Source: Clostridiales bacterium GWD2_32_19 (GTDB taxonomy: Bacteria > Bacillota > Clostridia > Lachnospirales > UBA12420). Taken from it: a stretch of 64,000 nt of DNA. The DNA lies in the NCBI GenBank assembly GCA_001795385.1, contig MGOU01000021.1, positions 78,149 to 142,148 on the forward strand, in the 5' to 3' direction. This document shows positions 30,363 through 41,279 of the stretch, piece by piece. The notes beneath the pieces were generated by a model that saw only the letters and a list, made by a program, of their open reading frames with translations, searched no databases and had not been told where the DNA came from. A program made the position numbers and the translations under genes. Each line of letters begins with the position of its first letter. Positions within the stretch are counted from its first letter, which is position 1.

Positions 30363-31505
30363 TTACATCAACCTTTCAAATCTTTTTCCCGGCAATTGTT
30401 TAATTATGCCTTTTAACTCAAGCATAGTAAGTAAGTGCTGTAGCTTGCTGATTTCAATTTTAGCAATATTTATTATATCGTCGATATGGCTGTTTTTTGA
30501 ATCTATACAAGAATACACAATTTTCTCTTCTTCGTCAAGCAATTTATAAAAATTATTATTTTCCTCTTTATTTTCTTGTTTATTTTCTCTAGTATCTCCA
30601 CTCATCGATTTATCACTTATATTTATTTTTGTTTCCATTATTCCAAGACTTAAAAGTATATCTTTATAGCTTGTTACTAAAGCAGCGCCTTGCTTTATAA
30701 GATTATTTGTACCAATACTTAGACTACTAGTTATGTCACCCGGAATTGCAAAGATATCTCTTCCTTGTTCGAGAGCATGGTCAACTGTTATTAGTGAGCC
30801 GCTTCTTTCTGCAGCTTCTACAACAAGTACGCCTCTACTCATACCACTTATTATTCTATTTCTTGCAGGAAATATTTGACGAAGAGGTTGTGTTTTGGGA
30901 GAGTACTCAGAAATAACCGCTCCATTCTTAATTATTTCCTTCATTAATCCTGCATTGCTTTTGGGATAACATATGTCTAACCCACAACCAAGTACTGCGA
31001 AAGTCTTGCCTCTACCTTCGAGTGAGCCTTTGTGAGCATATGTATCAATACCAAGTGCCATACCACTTACTATTGTGATGCCACATTCAGTGAGGCTTTT
31101 TGATATATTATATGCTATCTTTCTACCATAATCGCTGCAATTTCTTGAACCAACTACTCCTAACATTATATCGTTTTTTTGTGGTAATGTTCCTTTATAA
31201 TATAAGACAAATGGTGGGTCATATATGTTTTTTAGTGCCTTTGGATAATCTTTGTCCTGTATTGATATGTATTTTATTTCATTTTCAATTAAATATTCTT
31301 CATATTTTTTTACATCGAACTTTTCTTTTGATTTTTCTATTTCAGATATGTCACGGGGACTGAGCCCCATAACTTGTCTTAAATCTTCTTCTTTTGCATT
31401 AAAAATATCTATTGGAGTGTCAAATGCTCCAAGTAGTACACTTGTCTTTTTAATTCCTATGCCATCTATATTCTTTAGCCACAACCACGCCTGCCTTATA
31501 TTCAT
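30363..31505 (-). CDS. dprA: DNA-processing protein DprA
   Basis: VVGSR, VSGMALGID, FPARNRIISG and GSLITVD; adjacent to topA. Confidence 0.95.
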   Translation of the reverse strand: MNIRQAWLWLKNIDGIGIKKTSVLLGAFDTPIDIFNAKEEDLRQVMGLSPRDISEIEKSKEKFDVKKYEEYLIENEIKYISIQDKDYPKALKNIYDPPFVLYYKGTLPQKNDIMLGVVGSRNCSDYGRKIAYNISKSLTECGITIVSGMALGIDTYAHKGSLEGRGKTFAVLGCGLDICYPKSNAGLMKEIIKNGAVISEYSPKTQPLRQIFPARNRIISGMSRGVLVVEAAERSGSLITVDHALEQGRDIFAIPGDITSSLSIGTNNLIKQGAALVTSYKDILLSLGIMETKINISDKSMSGDTRENKQENKEENNNFYKLLDEEEKIVYSCIDSKNSHIDDIINIAKIEISKLQHLLTMLELKGIIKQLPGKRFERLM

Positions 31506-31532
31506 TAGTATTTTACCTCCATTTACAGTTCT

Positions 31533-32333
31533 TTAGCTGTCAATTACTTTCCATCTTACCACCTTACCTGATATTTCTTGGACTATGCATAGTGCAGGTA
31601 TGGCACTTACTATTATCGTTTTTTTATCGTTAGCATTTACCTCTATCCATTCATTATTTCCTAAGTAAATATATACCTGACTACAATTATCATAGATAAG
31701 TATATCTCCACTCTTTATAGTTTTATCAGTTATTTCAGAAATAGAAGAAAATTTTTGAATGTCAATATACATATCCTTGTAATTATTGTAAATATCAGAT
31801 ATTGCGTAATCATCAAGCCATATTCTAAGAGCTACTCGAATATATTGCATATTTTTAGTTAGAAGTCCCATTTCTATAAAGGTATCTATCATTGGTCTTC
31901 TAACTAATCCTGATGAATCTATACCAATCCCATTCTCTCCACCACTCATATATTTTGTATTTTCATAATCTTTTAAATTTTCTACATAGCATGCGTTTAT
32001 TAATTCGTTACTAACTACAACTTTATTGCTTCCATAAAAAGTTACAAAAATAAATACTGTAGCTATTATTACAACGCCTCTCGTAAAAAAATTATACCAT
32101 AATTTGAATACTATAATTAGCCATGATATAACAAAACAGCCAATAACCATGTATTTTGAAAGCCTTTCTGGTACAGGATGTATAAGTATCAAAAAGGCTA
32201 ATACCATAAGGGTAATTATTATTTGCCATGCTGTAACCCAGCTGAAAATTGATTTATGTTTTTTAGCAACTGGTTTTATATCGTTATTTGCTATAGGTCT
32301 CTTTGGTTTAAATGGATTTTTAATTACTAACAT
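31533..32333 (-). CDS. Membrane protein with a degenerate NlpC/P60-like domain
   Basis: Three N-terminal TM segments, then YMSGGENGIGIDSSGLVR and GDILIY...VYIYLGNNEWIE. Confidence 0.6.
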   Translation of the reverse strand: MLVIKNPFKPKRPIANNDIKPVAKKHKSIFSWVTAWQIIITLMVLAFLILIHPVPERLSKYMVIGCFVISWLIIVFKLWYNFFTRGVVIIATVFIFVTFYGSNKVVVSNELINACYVENLKDYENTKYMSGGENGIGIDSSGLVRRPMIDTFIEMGLLTKNMQYIRVALRIWLDDYAISDIYNNYKDMYIDIQKFSSISEITDKTIKSGDILIYDNCSQVYIYLGNNEWIEVNANDKKTIIVSAIPALCIVQEISGKVVRWKVIDS

Positions 32334-32394
32334 GACATCACCACTCCTTTCAAAGCATAAAGTACAAAGTTTAAAACATGTTATTTGTACATTA

Positions 32395-33987
32395 TTATTT
32401 GACTATCGTTGCTCCTACAAAATCTCTAAATAGTGGATGTGGTTCGCATAACCTAGATTTGAATTCTGGATGAAATTGAGATGCTACAAACCATGGATGA
32501 TCAGATAACTCTATTATTTCAACAAGCATGTTATCAGGGCTTGTACCGGCTAATATCATACCATTATTATTCATTATATCCCTGTAATTATTATTAAATT
32601 CATATCTATGTCTATGTCTTTCGTTAATTTTATCTTCTCCATATGCTCTATGTGCTTTTGTTCCTTCTTTTAAAGTACATGGATAGCTACCAAGTCTCAT
32701 TGTGCCGCCTTTATTTGATATTCCTACCTGTGCCTCCATCAAATCTATAACTTGATGCTCGTATGTACCAAATTCGCTACTATTTGCATTACTTAAACCA
32801 CATACATTACGTGCAAACTCAATAACAGCTATTTGCATACCAAGACATAGTCCAAGATAAGGTATTTTATGTTCTCTTGCATACTTTGCAGCTGATATTT
32901 TTCCTTCTATGCCTCTATTGCCAAAGCCTCCAGGTACTATTATACCATCTAATTTAGACAAATACTTCTCTACACCGTTTGCTTCTATGTCCTCTGAGTT
33001 TATCCATTCTATGTTTACTTTGCATTTATGATGTGCTCCTGCATGTTTTAAAGATTCGGATACACTCAAATATGCATCCTGGAGTGCAACATATTTACCA
33101 ACTAAACCTATATTAACTTCCTTATCAGGATTCTTGAAGTTATCTACAAGTGCTTTCCATTCATCTATATCTTTTCTTTCAGTTTTTATCCCTAGTCTTT
33201 CACAAATTCTTTCTTCCATTTCTTCATCATGAAAGTTTATAGGAAGATCATATATAGTATCTACATCGATACCTTCAAAAACATAGTTAGTATCTATATT
33301 ACAAAACATAGCTATTTTATTTAAAAGTTCTTCTGGTATATGCCTATCAGCTCTACATAAAAGCATGTCCGGATTTATTCCATGTTTTTGAAGTTCCTTT
33401 ACCGAATGTTGTGTTGGCTTTGTTTTTAACTCATCAGAAATTTTTAAATAAGGTACTAGCGTAAGATGAATAAACATTACATTTTCTCTTCCCATTTCTG
33501 TTTTAAACTGTCTTATAGCTTCTAAAAAAACTTCTGCTTCTATTTCTCCAACAGTACCACCAATTTCCGTTATAATTACATCAGCTTTTGAACTCTCAGC
33601 TAAAGCCTTTATTTTATTTTTTATAATATCTGTTACATGAGGAACTACTTGAACAGTACCTCCTAAGTAACTACCTTTTCTTTCTTTTTTTATTATCTCA
33701 GAATAAATCTGTCCCATAGAAAAACTGCAATTTTTCGTAATATTAGTTCCTATAAATCTTTCATAATGTCCTAAATCCAGGTCAGTTTCACCACCATCTT
33801 CTGTAACAAAAACTTCTCCATGTTGATAGGGACTCATAGTACCAGGGTCAACATTCAAATAAGGGTCAAACTTCTCCACTGCAATTTTAAGTCCCTTATT
33901 TTTGAGTAATAATCCTATACTCGCAGCTGCTATACCTTTCCCTAACCCTGAAATAACCCCACCAGTAACAAAAATAAACTTAGCCAT
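32395..33987 (-). CDS. pyrG: CTP synthase
   Basis: [30 protein letters not shown] and ERHRHRYE. Confidence 0.98.
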   Translation of the reverse strand: MAKFIFVTGGVISGLGKGIAAASIGLLLKNKGLKIAVEKFDPYLNVDPGTMSPYQHGEVFVTEDGGETDLDLGHYERFIGTNITKNCSFSMGQIYSEIIKKERKGSYLGGTVQVVPHVTDIIKNKIKALAESSKADVIITEIGGTVGEIEAEVFLEAIRQFKTEMGRENVMFIHLTLVPYLKISDELKTKPTQHSVKELQKHGINPDMLLCRADRHIPEELLNKIAMFCNIDTNYVFEGIDVDTIYDLPINFHDEEMEERICERLGIKTERKDIDEWKALVDNFKNPDKEVNIGLVGKYVALQDAYLSVSESLKHAGAHHKCKVNIEWINSEDIEANGVEKYLSKLDGIIVPGGFGNRGIEGKISAAKYAREHKIPYLGLCLGMQIAVIEFARNVCGLSNANSSEFGTYEHQVIDLMEAQVGISNKGGTMRLGSYPCTLKEGTKAHRAYGEDKINERHRHRYEFNNNYRDIMNNNGMILAGTSPDNMLVEIIELSDHPWFVASQFHPEFKSRLCEPHPLFRDFVGATIVK

Positions 33988-34130
33988 AGATTAAACACTC
34001 CTTTTTTGATTTATGTTTCATTACACAATTTTCTATATTATTCTACACTATTTAATTTAAAAAAGCAACTTTGTTTTAAAACAAAATTACTTTTTTATTT
34101 TCTGAGTTAACTTAAATACCAAATTATATT

Positions 34131-34706
34131 TTATTTTAATTCCACAATATCATCTGCAATGTTTTTCACCAAATCTAAATCATGTGATGAAATTATTATG
34201 GTTTTATTTATCTTTTTAAGTTCAGTTACCAGAATCTCCTTCATTTCTTCATCTAGTTCCTTAAATGGTTCATCTAGTATTAATATATCAGATGGGTAAA
34301 GTAGTGCTTGAATAATTTTTATTCTTTGCACCATTCCTCCACTTAAATTTTCTTTATATTCGTACTTTTTTTCAGCCATTTCAAATTTTTCTAAATATTT
34401 ATCTATTAAGGTTCCTAGTTTTTCTTTATCATAAATTTCACCAAGAATATATTTAAAATTATCAATTACTTTGGTATTCGGAAGCAGTGTATCTCTTTGA
34501 AAGACAAAAGATATTTTGTGATTATTGTTTATTATTTCTCCACTATCAATTTGCTCAATATTAGCTAAAATTGATAGTAAAGTCGTTTTTCCAATACCTG
34601 ATTTACCTATTATGCATGTTATCTTATTTTCTCTTATTTCTAAGTTTAAACCTTTTAATACATTCTCTTCACCATAACTTTTATATATATTTTTTAAAAG
34701 TATCAC
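34131..34706 (-). CDS. ABC transporter ATP-binding protein (NitT/TauT type)
   Basis: Walker A GKSGIGKT, signature LSGGM, Walker B ILDEP and H-loop SHD. Confidence 0.88.
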   Translation of the reverse strand: MILLKNIYKSYGEENVLKGLNLEIRENKITCIIGKSGIGKTTLLSILANIEQIDSGEIINNNHKISFVFQRDTLLPNTKVIDNFKYILGEIYDKEKLGTLIDKYLEKFEMAEKKYEYKENLSGGMVQRIKIIQALLYPSDILILDEPFKELDEEMKEILVTELKKINKTIIISSHDLDLVKNIADDIVELK

Positions 34707-35461
34707 ACTATCACCTTGACCCTTTTTGTAGCAAACTTATTAAAATATTTTTCGATAAGTAGCGATGCTACAATAACGATGACAGTCCATGCTAACATTT
34801 CATCAGTTTTCAAATATAATTTAGAATCATATATCCTTTTGCCTATTCCATATTTAGGAAGTGCTAGTATCTCTGTCGCGATTATTACTTTGAAACTTAT
34901 ACCTATTATAGTATTTACACCTGAAATAAAATATGGTTTTAGTAAACTTATGTACAAATAGCTATATACATTCTTCTTTTTTATGTTATAAACTTTTACA
35001 AAATCCAAATGCACTTTATCTATATTTAGTATTCCATAAACTATATTTGAAAACATGATTGGTAGACACATAGCAACGCAAATGATTACTGGCAAATCTT
35101 CTGCATCTAACCAAATCAGGGAAATAATTATAAGTACAATACTTGGAGCAGTTTTCAATATAGCCATGGCTGGTTTTACAAAATCAAATATATATGTTGT
35201 GCTAGCGCAAATTACTGCTATAATTATGGCAGCAATTATCGATATAGTGCTTCCCATAATCATTCTACCTACTGTAAAAATAATATCAATTAATTGTTCT
35301 TTATTTGTAAATATATTCACTATTTCTTTTAATATGGACTGTATACTCGGAATATAGATATCATTATCTATGTACATATATAGCATTTGATAAATTAATA
35401 GCCAAAATATTGTAATCAATATGATTCTGATTGCATTATTTTGCATAATAAATCTTTTCAT
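34703..35461 (-). CDS. ABC transporter permease (NitT/TauT type)
   Basis: Multiple TM helices and IIATEILA...GIG motif; overlaps both neighbours. Confidence 0.85.
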   Translation of the reverse strand: MKRFIMQNNAIRIILITIFWLLIYQMLYMYIDNDIYIPSIQSILKEIVNIFTNKEQLIDIIFTVGRMIMGSTISIIAAIIIAVICASTTYIFDFVKPAMAILKTAPSIVLIIISLIWLDAEDLPVIICVAMCLPIMFSNIVYGILNIDKVHLDFVKVYNIKKKNVYSYLYISLLKPYFISGVNTIIGISFKVIIATEILALPKYGIGKRIYDSKLYLKTDEMLAWTVIVIVASLLIEKYFNKFATKRVKVIV

Positions 35462-36407
35462 CAGGTACTTTGCCCCCTATTGAATCTTTATCAATTTCAT
35501 TTAGAATTTCATAAAATTTGCTTAATGATTTCTTCATATCTTCATTATCAATATAAACTATGCTTGAATAGGGTATTGCAGCCTTTGCTATATTTTCATC
35601 TGGTAGAATCTCAAGATTTTTAATGATAATACTTGCCTCATCAATATTTTTGTTTACCCATAGAGAAGATTCTTTAACTTTTTCCATAAAATTATCTATA
35701 AACTTTTTATTTTGTTCTACTAATTCAGTTTTTGCTATTATACATCCCATTGGTAGGTCAGTACTTGTAAGTTTTGTCCACTCATCGCCTAAATTAACTT
35801 TCACTTCCAAATTTTTATTTTTCATAATTGCCAAGGTAGCAAACGGTTGTGGCATTATCGCTATTTTTGATGTTCCAACAATCATTTTTTGAGCTGATGT
35901 TGTATGATCAATTGAATAGTCTAAAGTGATATTCTCCCCATCTATAAGACTATTTTTATTAAGCACATAATTAGTTACATATTCCGGAACTGTTTTCCTT
36001 CCACTGACTTCTATAGTTTTATCTTTTAAATCAGTAATATTATTAATCTCCATGTCTTTTGGTGCAACTATGTATAAAACATTCAGTACATTTATGTCTA
36101 ATATTTTATATTTACCATTTGTTTTGTTATATATATTAGCTGCTACATTTGTAGGTACCGTAGCTATGTCAATCTCGTTATTTAACAGCTTTGACACTAT
36201 TATATCTGGAGTTGCGTATATTTCGTAATTTATACTTATATCATTAACTTTTTCATTATCTTCAATCATTTTAGAAATACCCATAGAACTTGGGCCTTTT
36301 AAAGTTGCTACAGATACACTATCTAGTTTTGTTACTTTTACATTTGAACAGCCTGAAACAATGAATATTAGAGTTAAGATTGCTAGTATTATTTTTGAAT
36401 TTTTCAT
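35436..36407 (-). CDS. ABC transporter substrate-binding lipoprotein (NitT/TauT type)
   Basis: Lipobox VSGC, KGPSSMG and MPQPF motifs. Confidence 0.85.
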   Translation of the reverse strand: MKNSKIILAILTLIFIVSGCSNVKVTKLDSVSVATLKGPSSMGISKMIEDNEKVNDISINYEIYATPDIIVSKLLNNEIDIATVPTNVAANIYNKTNGKYKILDINVLNVLYIVAPKDMEINNITDLKDKTIEVSGRKTVPEYVTNYVLNKNSLIDGENITLDYSIDHTTSAQKMIVGTSKIAIMPQPFATLAIMKNKNLEVKVNLGDEWTKLTSTDLPMGCIIAKTELVEQNKKFIDNFMEKVKESSLWVNKNIDEASIIIKNLEILPDENIAKAAIPYSSIVYIDNEDMKKSLSKFYEILNEIDKDSIGGKVPDEKIYYAK

Positions 36408-36465
36408 GTAATCCTCCTTAGGGGAAATTATTAATTAGTGCTATCTTTTTTTATGTTTATAGTCC

Positions 36466-36618
36466 CTCCCCACAGCAAGTTGACGGGGTATCATGTTGTC
36501 ATTGCGAGGAACGAAGCAATCTCTCTTTTGTTCTTTTAAAGAACGGGATTGCTTCGTTCCTCGCAATGACAACTTTAGCACGCAGCAGAGCTGCGGTGAA
36601 TTGACCCCGAGAAATTAA
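36466..36618 (+). mobile_element. Nested palindromic non-autonomous element, copy 1
   Basis: Left hairpin CTCCCCACAGCAAGTTGACGGGG, 27-bp perfect inner inverted repeat (36495-36521/36547-36573), right hairpin GCAGCAGAGCTGC and end GAGAAATTAA overlapping the aminopeptidase stop codon. Confidence 0.75.
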
Positions 36619-38636
36619 AATACCTCATTCAATTCCTCAGTACCCTCTACAACGAATCTTCCGTTTTCTATGACACTAAGTTCTATACCATTGCTCGTTA
36701 TTGATCTTATAAAGTCTAGCTCATCATATGGTATAGTTATATCTGTATGTTTGTTTGTATAAGCTTCGTCTGGATTTGTTTTACGCAATATGCTCTTTTC
36801 GTTATCACGTGCTATAATTTCTTTACCGTCAATGTTATTGTATACCTTTAGGTCCTCACGGTGTGAAAAACATGTGTCCCCTATAGCGAAATGAGGTCCT
36901 GTCTTTTCTGCTATCAGAATCGGTAGCAAATGTCCTATATCATACTTTCTAGCCATTACATATGCCGAAGTATTAGTACCAATAGCGAACTCACCAATAG
37001 GGAGTGATTTATGTGGATGAAGCAGATTTTCTTCAATATATTTTTTGTTTTGTTCCTCTGTTTCAAAGTTTTTACAGTTATAATCTACAACATAACCATC
37101 TTTAAATACGACGAATAAATCTTTATACAAATAATCATCCAAGTATACTTTTGTTACATGTAGCGTTCCATTAGTGTCAGTAAGTCTTGGTGATGTAAAC
37201 ACCTCTCCTACTGGTATATTTACATTTGCAACACAGTTTTCAAATAGAGTTTCTTTTTGAGAATTATTTATTTTTTGCATTTTGACTTTTATATCTGTTA
37301 AATTATCGCCTTTCCCTTTTACATGTACGAAATCCGCTTTATCTAGTATATCAATAATCTTTTGGTGTATTCTTTCATATTTATCATTATCTAGGGTGTT
37401 TACTTTGCAGGTTTCTCCAAATATCTCCTCAAATTTATCACCTATTTCAGGATTTGGGAGTGATATAATAGTAAAGCTATAGTCAGATCTAGGTGCAAAT
37501 CTATTTAATATTTGCATGTTCTTATTTTGTAGATTCTTATATAAGCCTTTTTGCTCATCTGTAAGTCTTATATTTGTATCTTTAACCTTTGGTGAAAATG
37601 GAATTTGTCCAAAAGTCTCTATAAAAACTGGACCTGCAAACTTTATAAGCACATCTTTATATTTTTCACACTTTTCTTCATATAATTTTAAATTTTTATC
37701 AACATAATCTTTATCATAATAAAGTCCTGTATCAAATTCGTGATCATATTCATATTGCTTAAATTGTGAGATACATAATGGAACTAATGTAAATTCAGTA
37801 ATATTTACAACTTTCAATTTTTCTAAAACTTTTTTTACAATAAGTTCTTCCCCTATTTGATAAGTGGACCGCACATTTGATTTTTTAGTAATGTCTTTCC
37901 CATCTCTTTTATATCCATTTACAAAACCTTCGACTATAGTTGTCGCAATATCAATTATCTGTTCATCACTCATTTTGCTTAAAAACCTAGCAGTTTTCAT
38001 CTCAGCATCACCAATATACTTATCATACATAAATAAGTATTTCATGTTACTATCGATACCATTTTCTATGATTTTTCTATAATATTCACTAGTCACAGGA
38101 TTAAATATTTTATTTAAATTTAATTCTATTCTATATTCAATAACGTCCAGATGATATTTTCTTATAACCTCAATAATCTCAGTTATATTCTGTTCTTCGC
38201 TAGTTTCCAATTTGTTTTTTATGTCCAATATAAGTTTATTGGTTTGATTAATTATATAGTTATTTTCATTTATAATCCAGTCTATATAATTTCTAGTGTA
38301 TACATAAATATAACTTAGTACCTGACCAAGCTCTTTACCAAATATATTACAAGTATATTCTGTATTAGCATAACTATTATTATAATTGTCTTTATGAATA
38401 TCCATATAAAGCTCATTATTCGCTCGTAACATTGTATCGAAGTCTATATTTTCTAAATTATTTTGGAGTTCCTTATACTCAAAGGCCCTTGTAATAAAGC
38501 TACCAATGGTTTTGAAGTAATCACTATACTTATTGTTATCAACTTCACTAAACTTTTTTATTTCTTCTAAACCTCTTTGCAACTCGTTACAGACATCTGG
38601 GTTATTATCATATCTTTCTTTAAATTCTTTATACAT
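36615..38636 (-). CDS. Aminopeptidase, M29 (thermophilic metalloprotease) family, long form
   Basis: NIPVGEVFTSP, GEFAIGTN, EKTGPHFAIGD and HTDIT. Confidence 0.85.
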   Translation of the reverse strand: MYKEFKERYDNNPDVCNELQRGLEEIKKFSEVDNNKYSDYFKTIGSFITRAFEYKELQNNLENIDFDTMLRANNELYMDIHKDNYNNSYANTEYTCNIFGKELGQVLSYIYVYTRNYIDWIINENNYIINQTNKLILDIKNKLETSEEQNITEIIEVIRKYHLDVIEYRIELNLNKIFNPVTSEYYRKIIENGIDSNMKYLFMYDKYIGDAEMKTARFLSKMSDEQIIDIATTIVEGFVNGYKRDGKDITKKSNVRSTYQIGEELIVKKVLEKLKVVNITEFTLVPLCISQFKQYEYDHEFDTGLYYDKDYVDKNLKLYEEKCEKYKDVLIKFAGPVFIETFGQIPFSPKVKDTNIRLTDEQKGLYKNLQNKNMQILNRFAPRSDYSFTIISLPNPEIGDKFEEIFGETCKVNTLDNDKYERIHQKIIDILDKADFVHVKGKGDNLTDIKVKMQKINNSQKETLFENCVANVNIPVGEVFTSPRLTDTNGTLHVTKVYLDDYLYKDLFVVFKDGYVVDYNCKNFETEEQNKKYIEENLLHPHKSLPIGEFAIGTNTSAYVMARKYDIGHLLPILIAEKTGPHFAIGDTCFSHREDLKVYNNIDGKEIIARDNEKSILRKTNPDEAYTNKHTDITIPYDELDFIRSITSNGIELSVIENGRFVVEGTEELNEVF

Positions 38637-38646
38637 AGTGTTCCCC

Positions 38647-39219
38647 CTATTTCTCTTTAATCATTATTTCGTATCTTCTTTTAAATAACATTGATTCGTT
38701 TAGTTTTTCTGCTATTTCTTTACCTTTTAACATTTTAACAATTCTAAGTCCAAAGTTTTGTGCTGTTCCTGGCCCTCTAGATGTAATAATGTTCCCATCG
38801 CTTACAACATTACTATCTGATAGTTTAGCTCCTTTTAACATCCCTTCATTCCCTGGATAACATGTAGCAGTCTTATTTTGTAGTAATCCCATTTGTCCAA
38901 GTATTGCAGGTGCCGCACAAATTGCTGCTATGTATTTATTCTTCTCGTTTTTCTCAATTATTAAACTCCTTAATTCATCGTGTTTCGCAAGGTTTTCTGT
39001 ACCCTTTTTTCCACCTGGCAATATAAGCATTTCTGCGTCTAAAAAATCAGATTCATCAAAAGTTTCATCTGCAATCATAGTAATGCCATGTGCACCACAA
39101 ACCTCCAAGCTGTCAGATATAGATATCATTTTTATATCTATACCCGCTCTTTTTAGTATATCAATGGGCGTTATAGTCTCTATTTCCTCAAATCCATCTG
39201 CTAAAAATATGTAAACCAT
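38647..39219 (-). CDS. DJ-1/PfpI family protein (YajL/ThiJ-like)
   Basis: FLADGFEEIE, ILPGG, AAICAAP and TSRGPGTA. Confidence 0.92.
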   Translation of the reverse strand: MVYIFLADGFEEIETITPIDILKRAGIDIKMISISDSLEVCGAHGITMIADETFDESDFLDAEMLILPGGKKGTENLAKHDELRSLIIEKNEKNKYIAAICAAPAILGQMGLLQNKTATCYPGNEGMLKGAKLSDSNVVSDGNIITSRGPGTAQNFGLRIVKMLKGKEIAEKLNESMLFKRRYEIMIKEK

Positions 39220-39312
39220 GTTTATACTCTCCTTTGTATTTATTATTTGACTCATTTGATAATGATTGTCAAGGGAATCTTTTCTCCATTCTACACTTTA
39301 TACAAAAAAAAT

Positions 39313-40389
39313 TCAAGCATTCGCTTGAATTTTTTTATATAAAGTATCGTTTTTTCTTGCATTTATATTATTTGGTTTTGCCTTTATTGCTTCCTCATTG
39401 TAATAGATAGCTCTTTCGATATCACCTAATGAATAATGGCAAATTCCTAGTTGATAATTAGGTATAAAATCCAAATACATATCTAATACAAAACTAAAAT
39501 CATCTCTTACTTTTTTCATAGCTACAGTAAGCTCAAACCAAAAGGTTGCATTATCATATTCTTTTTTGCAAACAAAGCAATTTCCAATTTCACAGCATAT
39601 TTCTGCTCTGGGGACACATTTTTCAAAGCAATGTAATAATGCTTTTATGGCATTGTCATATTCATGAAGTTTCAGGTAACATGCTGATAATTCTAAACAT
39701 ACCCATTCACATTCACTATCCCAATCTGACTTTATTGTCAAAAATTTTCCAAGTTGGAATATGGCCTCTTGTATTAGGTTATTATTTAACAGCTCCATTC
39801 CATAATGCATCATACCTCTTTGGGATAATTCATTTCCTTCATATAAAAATTTTTTATATATTTTTAAATTTCTTTCATCTTGTGTATTTTTTCTTGTATG
39901 AGTAATAGTTATATCTGTTTTATAAATATCAGCATCTACAATGATATATTCATGTACAGGATCAACCCATAACGGCTTTAACTCCCTACGAATTAATCTC
40001 TCCTTATAAAAAGAAAAAATTACATTATCTTCATCATCGAAAATATAGTTATATTTCATTGCAACAATACCGACTTCGTTGTCCAGCCTATTCTTTAGTT
40101 CTTTAAATTTTACGCGATCCTCTTCTTGTAATACATCATCTGCGTCTAGCCAAAAAATATATTCTTTTGATGCTTTGTCAAAAGAATAATTTCTTGCAGA
40201 TGAAAAATCATCTGTAAAATCAAAAAAATATATATTATTAGTATATTCACTTACTATTTCTTCAGTATTATCTGTGGAACCTGTATCAACAATTATAATC
40301 TCGTCAACCAGGTCCTTAACAGAATTCAAACAGTTTGCTATATATTCTTCCTCATTTTTTACAATCATACACAAACTAATTGTCGCCAC
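39313..40389 (-). CDS. GT2 glycosyltransferase with C-terminal TPR repeats
   Basis: ISLCMIVKNEE, VDTGSTD, WLDADD and VHE, then TPR-like helices (PRAEICCEIG). GTG start follows GGTGGTGA. Confidence 0.88.
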   Translation of the reverse strand: MATISLCMIVKNEEEYIANCLNSVKDLVDEIIIVDTGSTDNTEEIVSEYTNNIYFFDFTDDFSSARNYSFDKASKEYIFWLDADDVLQEEDRVKFKELKNRLDNEVGIVAMKYNYIFDDEDNVIFSFYKERLIRRELKPLWVDPVHEYIIVDADIYKTDITITHTRKNTQDERNLKIYKKFLYEGNELSQRGMMHYGMELLNNNLIQEAIFQLGKFLTIKSDWDSECEWVCLELSACYLKLHEYDNAIKALLHCFEKCVPRAEICCEIGNCFVCKKEYDNATFWFELTVAMKKVRDDFSFVLDMYLDFIPNYQLGICHYSLGDIERAIYYNEEAIKAKPNNINARKNDTLYKKIQANA

Positions 40390-40564
40390 ATTCTTCACCA
40401 CCACTGGGTTTTTTTGCACAAAAAAGTGATATGTGCTTCCCACGTGGTACGGGTTTGTTTGTGGTATGCTTACGCATGATAATTGTTTTACATTATACCA
40501 CAATATACCACTACCATACCACGTTACGAAGTAACATACCACATAGATTTATCTGATATTTAAA

Positions 40565-41170
40565 TTATGATTTTGTACAAACAAGATCAACTGTTACTAT
40601 ATCGTTTGCGACAATAGCTATTATAGGGAAAATTTTTGTTCCTAAGAATATCCCAGGTAAAGTTAAAATTGGACATTCTTCATATATAAATCTATCACTT
40701 TGTAGACATTCTTTTATAGAAATACATCTTAACTTACAATCAACTAATATATTTGCATCACATACTTTAACTTTTATACTAAATGGATACCAAGCAATTA
40801 AGTTGCCTAGTTCTGTATCTAAAACTGCGCAATTATAACTATTAAATGTACATGGACGTAACTCTGAATTATTTCCTGGAAAGTCTTCAATAAATGAATA
40901 TATAATATTCTTCTTAATAAATCCATCTATCATTACATAGTTGTCACAAATAGTTACATTACAGTTACTTACATATGCTTCAGAGTTTATATCAACAACA
41001 TCTAATATCTTGTGATTAGGACATGGATTTAGGTTTATTACCTCTCTTATAGGCTCAGACACTCTATCTTGTATGACAGAAACTCCACCAACATCATATG
41101 GTAAACATTCATTAACTGGCTCATAACATCCTGCATTTGACCAATTTACTCTTCCACCTCTTCTTGCCAC
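40565..41170 (-). CDS. Cys-rich hypothetical protein, possibly SPOCS/CsxC-like spore coat protein
   Basis: NYVMIDGFIKKNIIY resembles the SPOCS/CsxC K-V-x-I-x-G-x-I-x-K-x-I-x-Y motif; sits next to spoIIIAH. Confidence 0.5.
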   Translation of the reverse strand: MARRGGRVNWSNAGCYEPVNECLPYDVGGVSVIQDRVSEPIREVINLNPCPNHKILDVVDINSEAYVSNCNVTICDNYVMIDGFIKKNIIYSFIEDFPGNNSELRPCTFNSYNCAVLDTELGNLIAWYPFSIKVKVCDANILVDCKLRCISIKECLQSDRFIYEECPILTLPGIFLGTKIFPIIAIVANDIVTVDLVCTKS

Positions 41171-41247
41171 TTCAAAACACCTCCTAAAAATTTGAAGTCT
41201 TGCGAACTTCTATTAGTATTTTATTCAAAAGTTATATATTGGTGAAT

Positions 41248-41279
41248 AAAAAGAAGCAAATTTACTTTGCTTCTTTTTT
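41248..41279 (-). terminator. Terminator at the end of spoIIIAH
   Basis: AAAAAGAAGCAAA-tttac-TTTGCTTCTTTTT. Confidence 0.75.
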
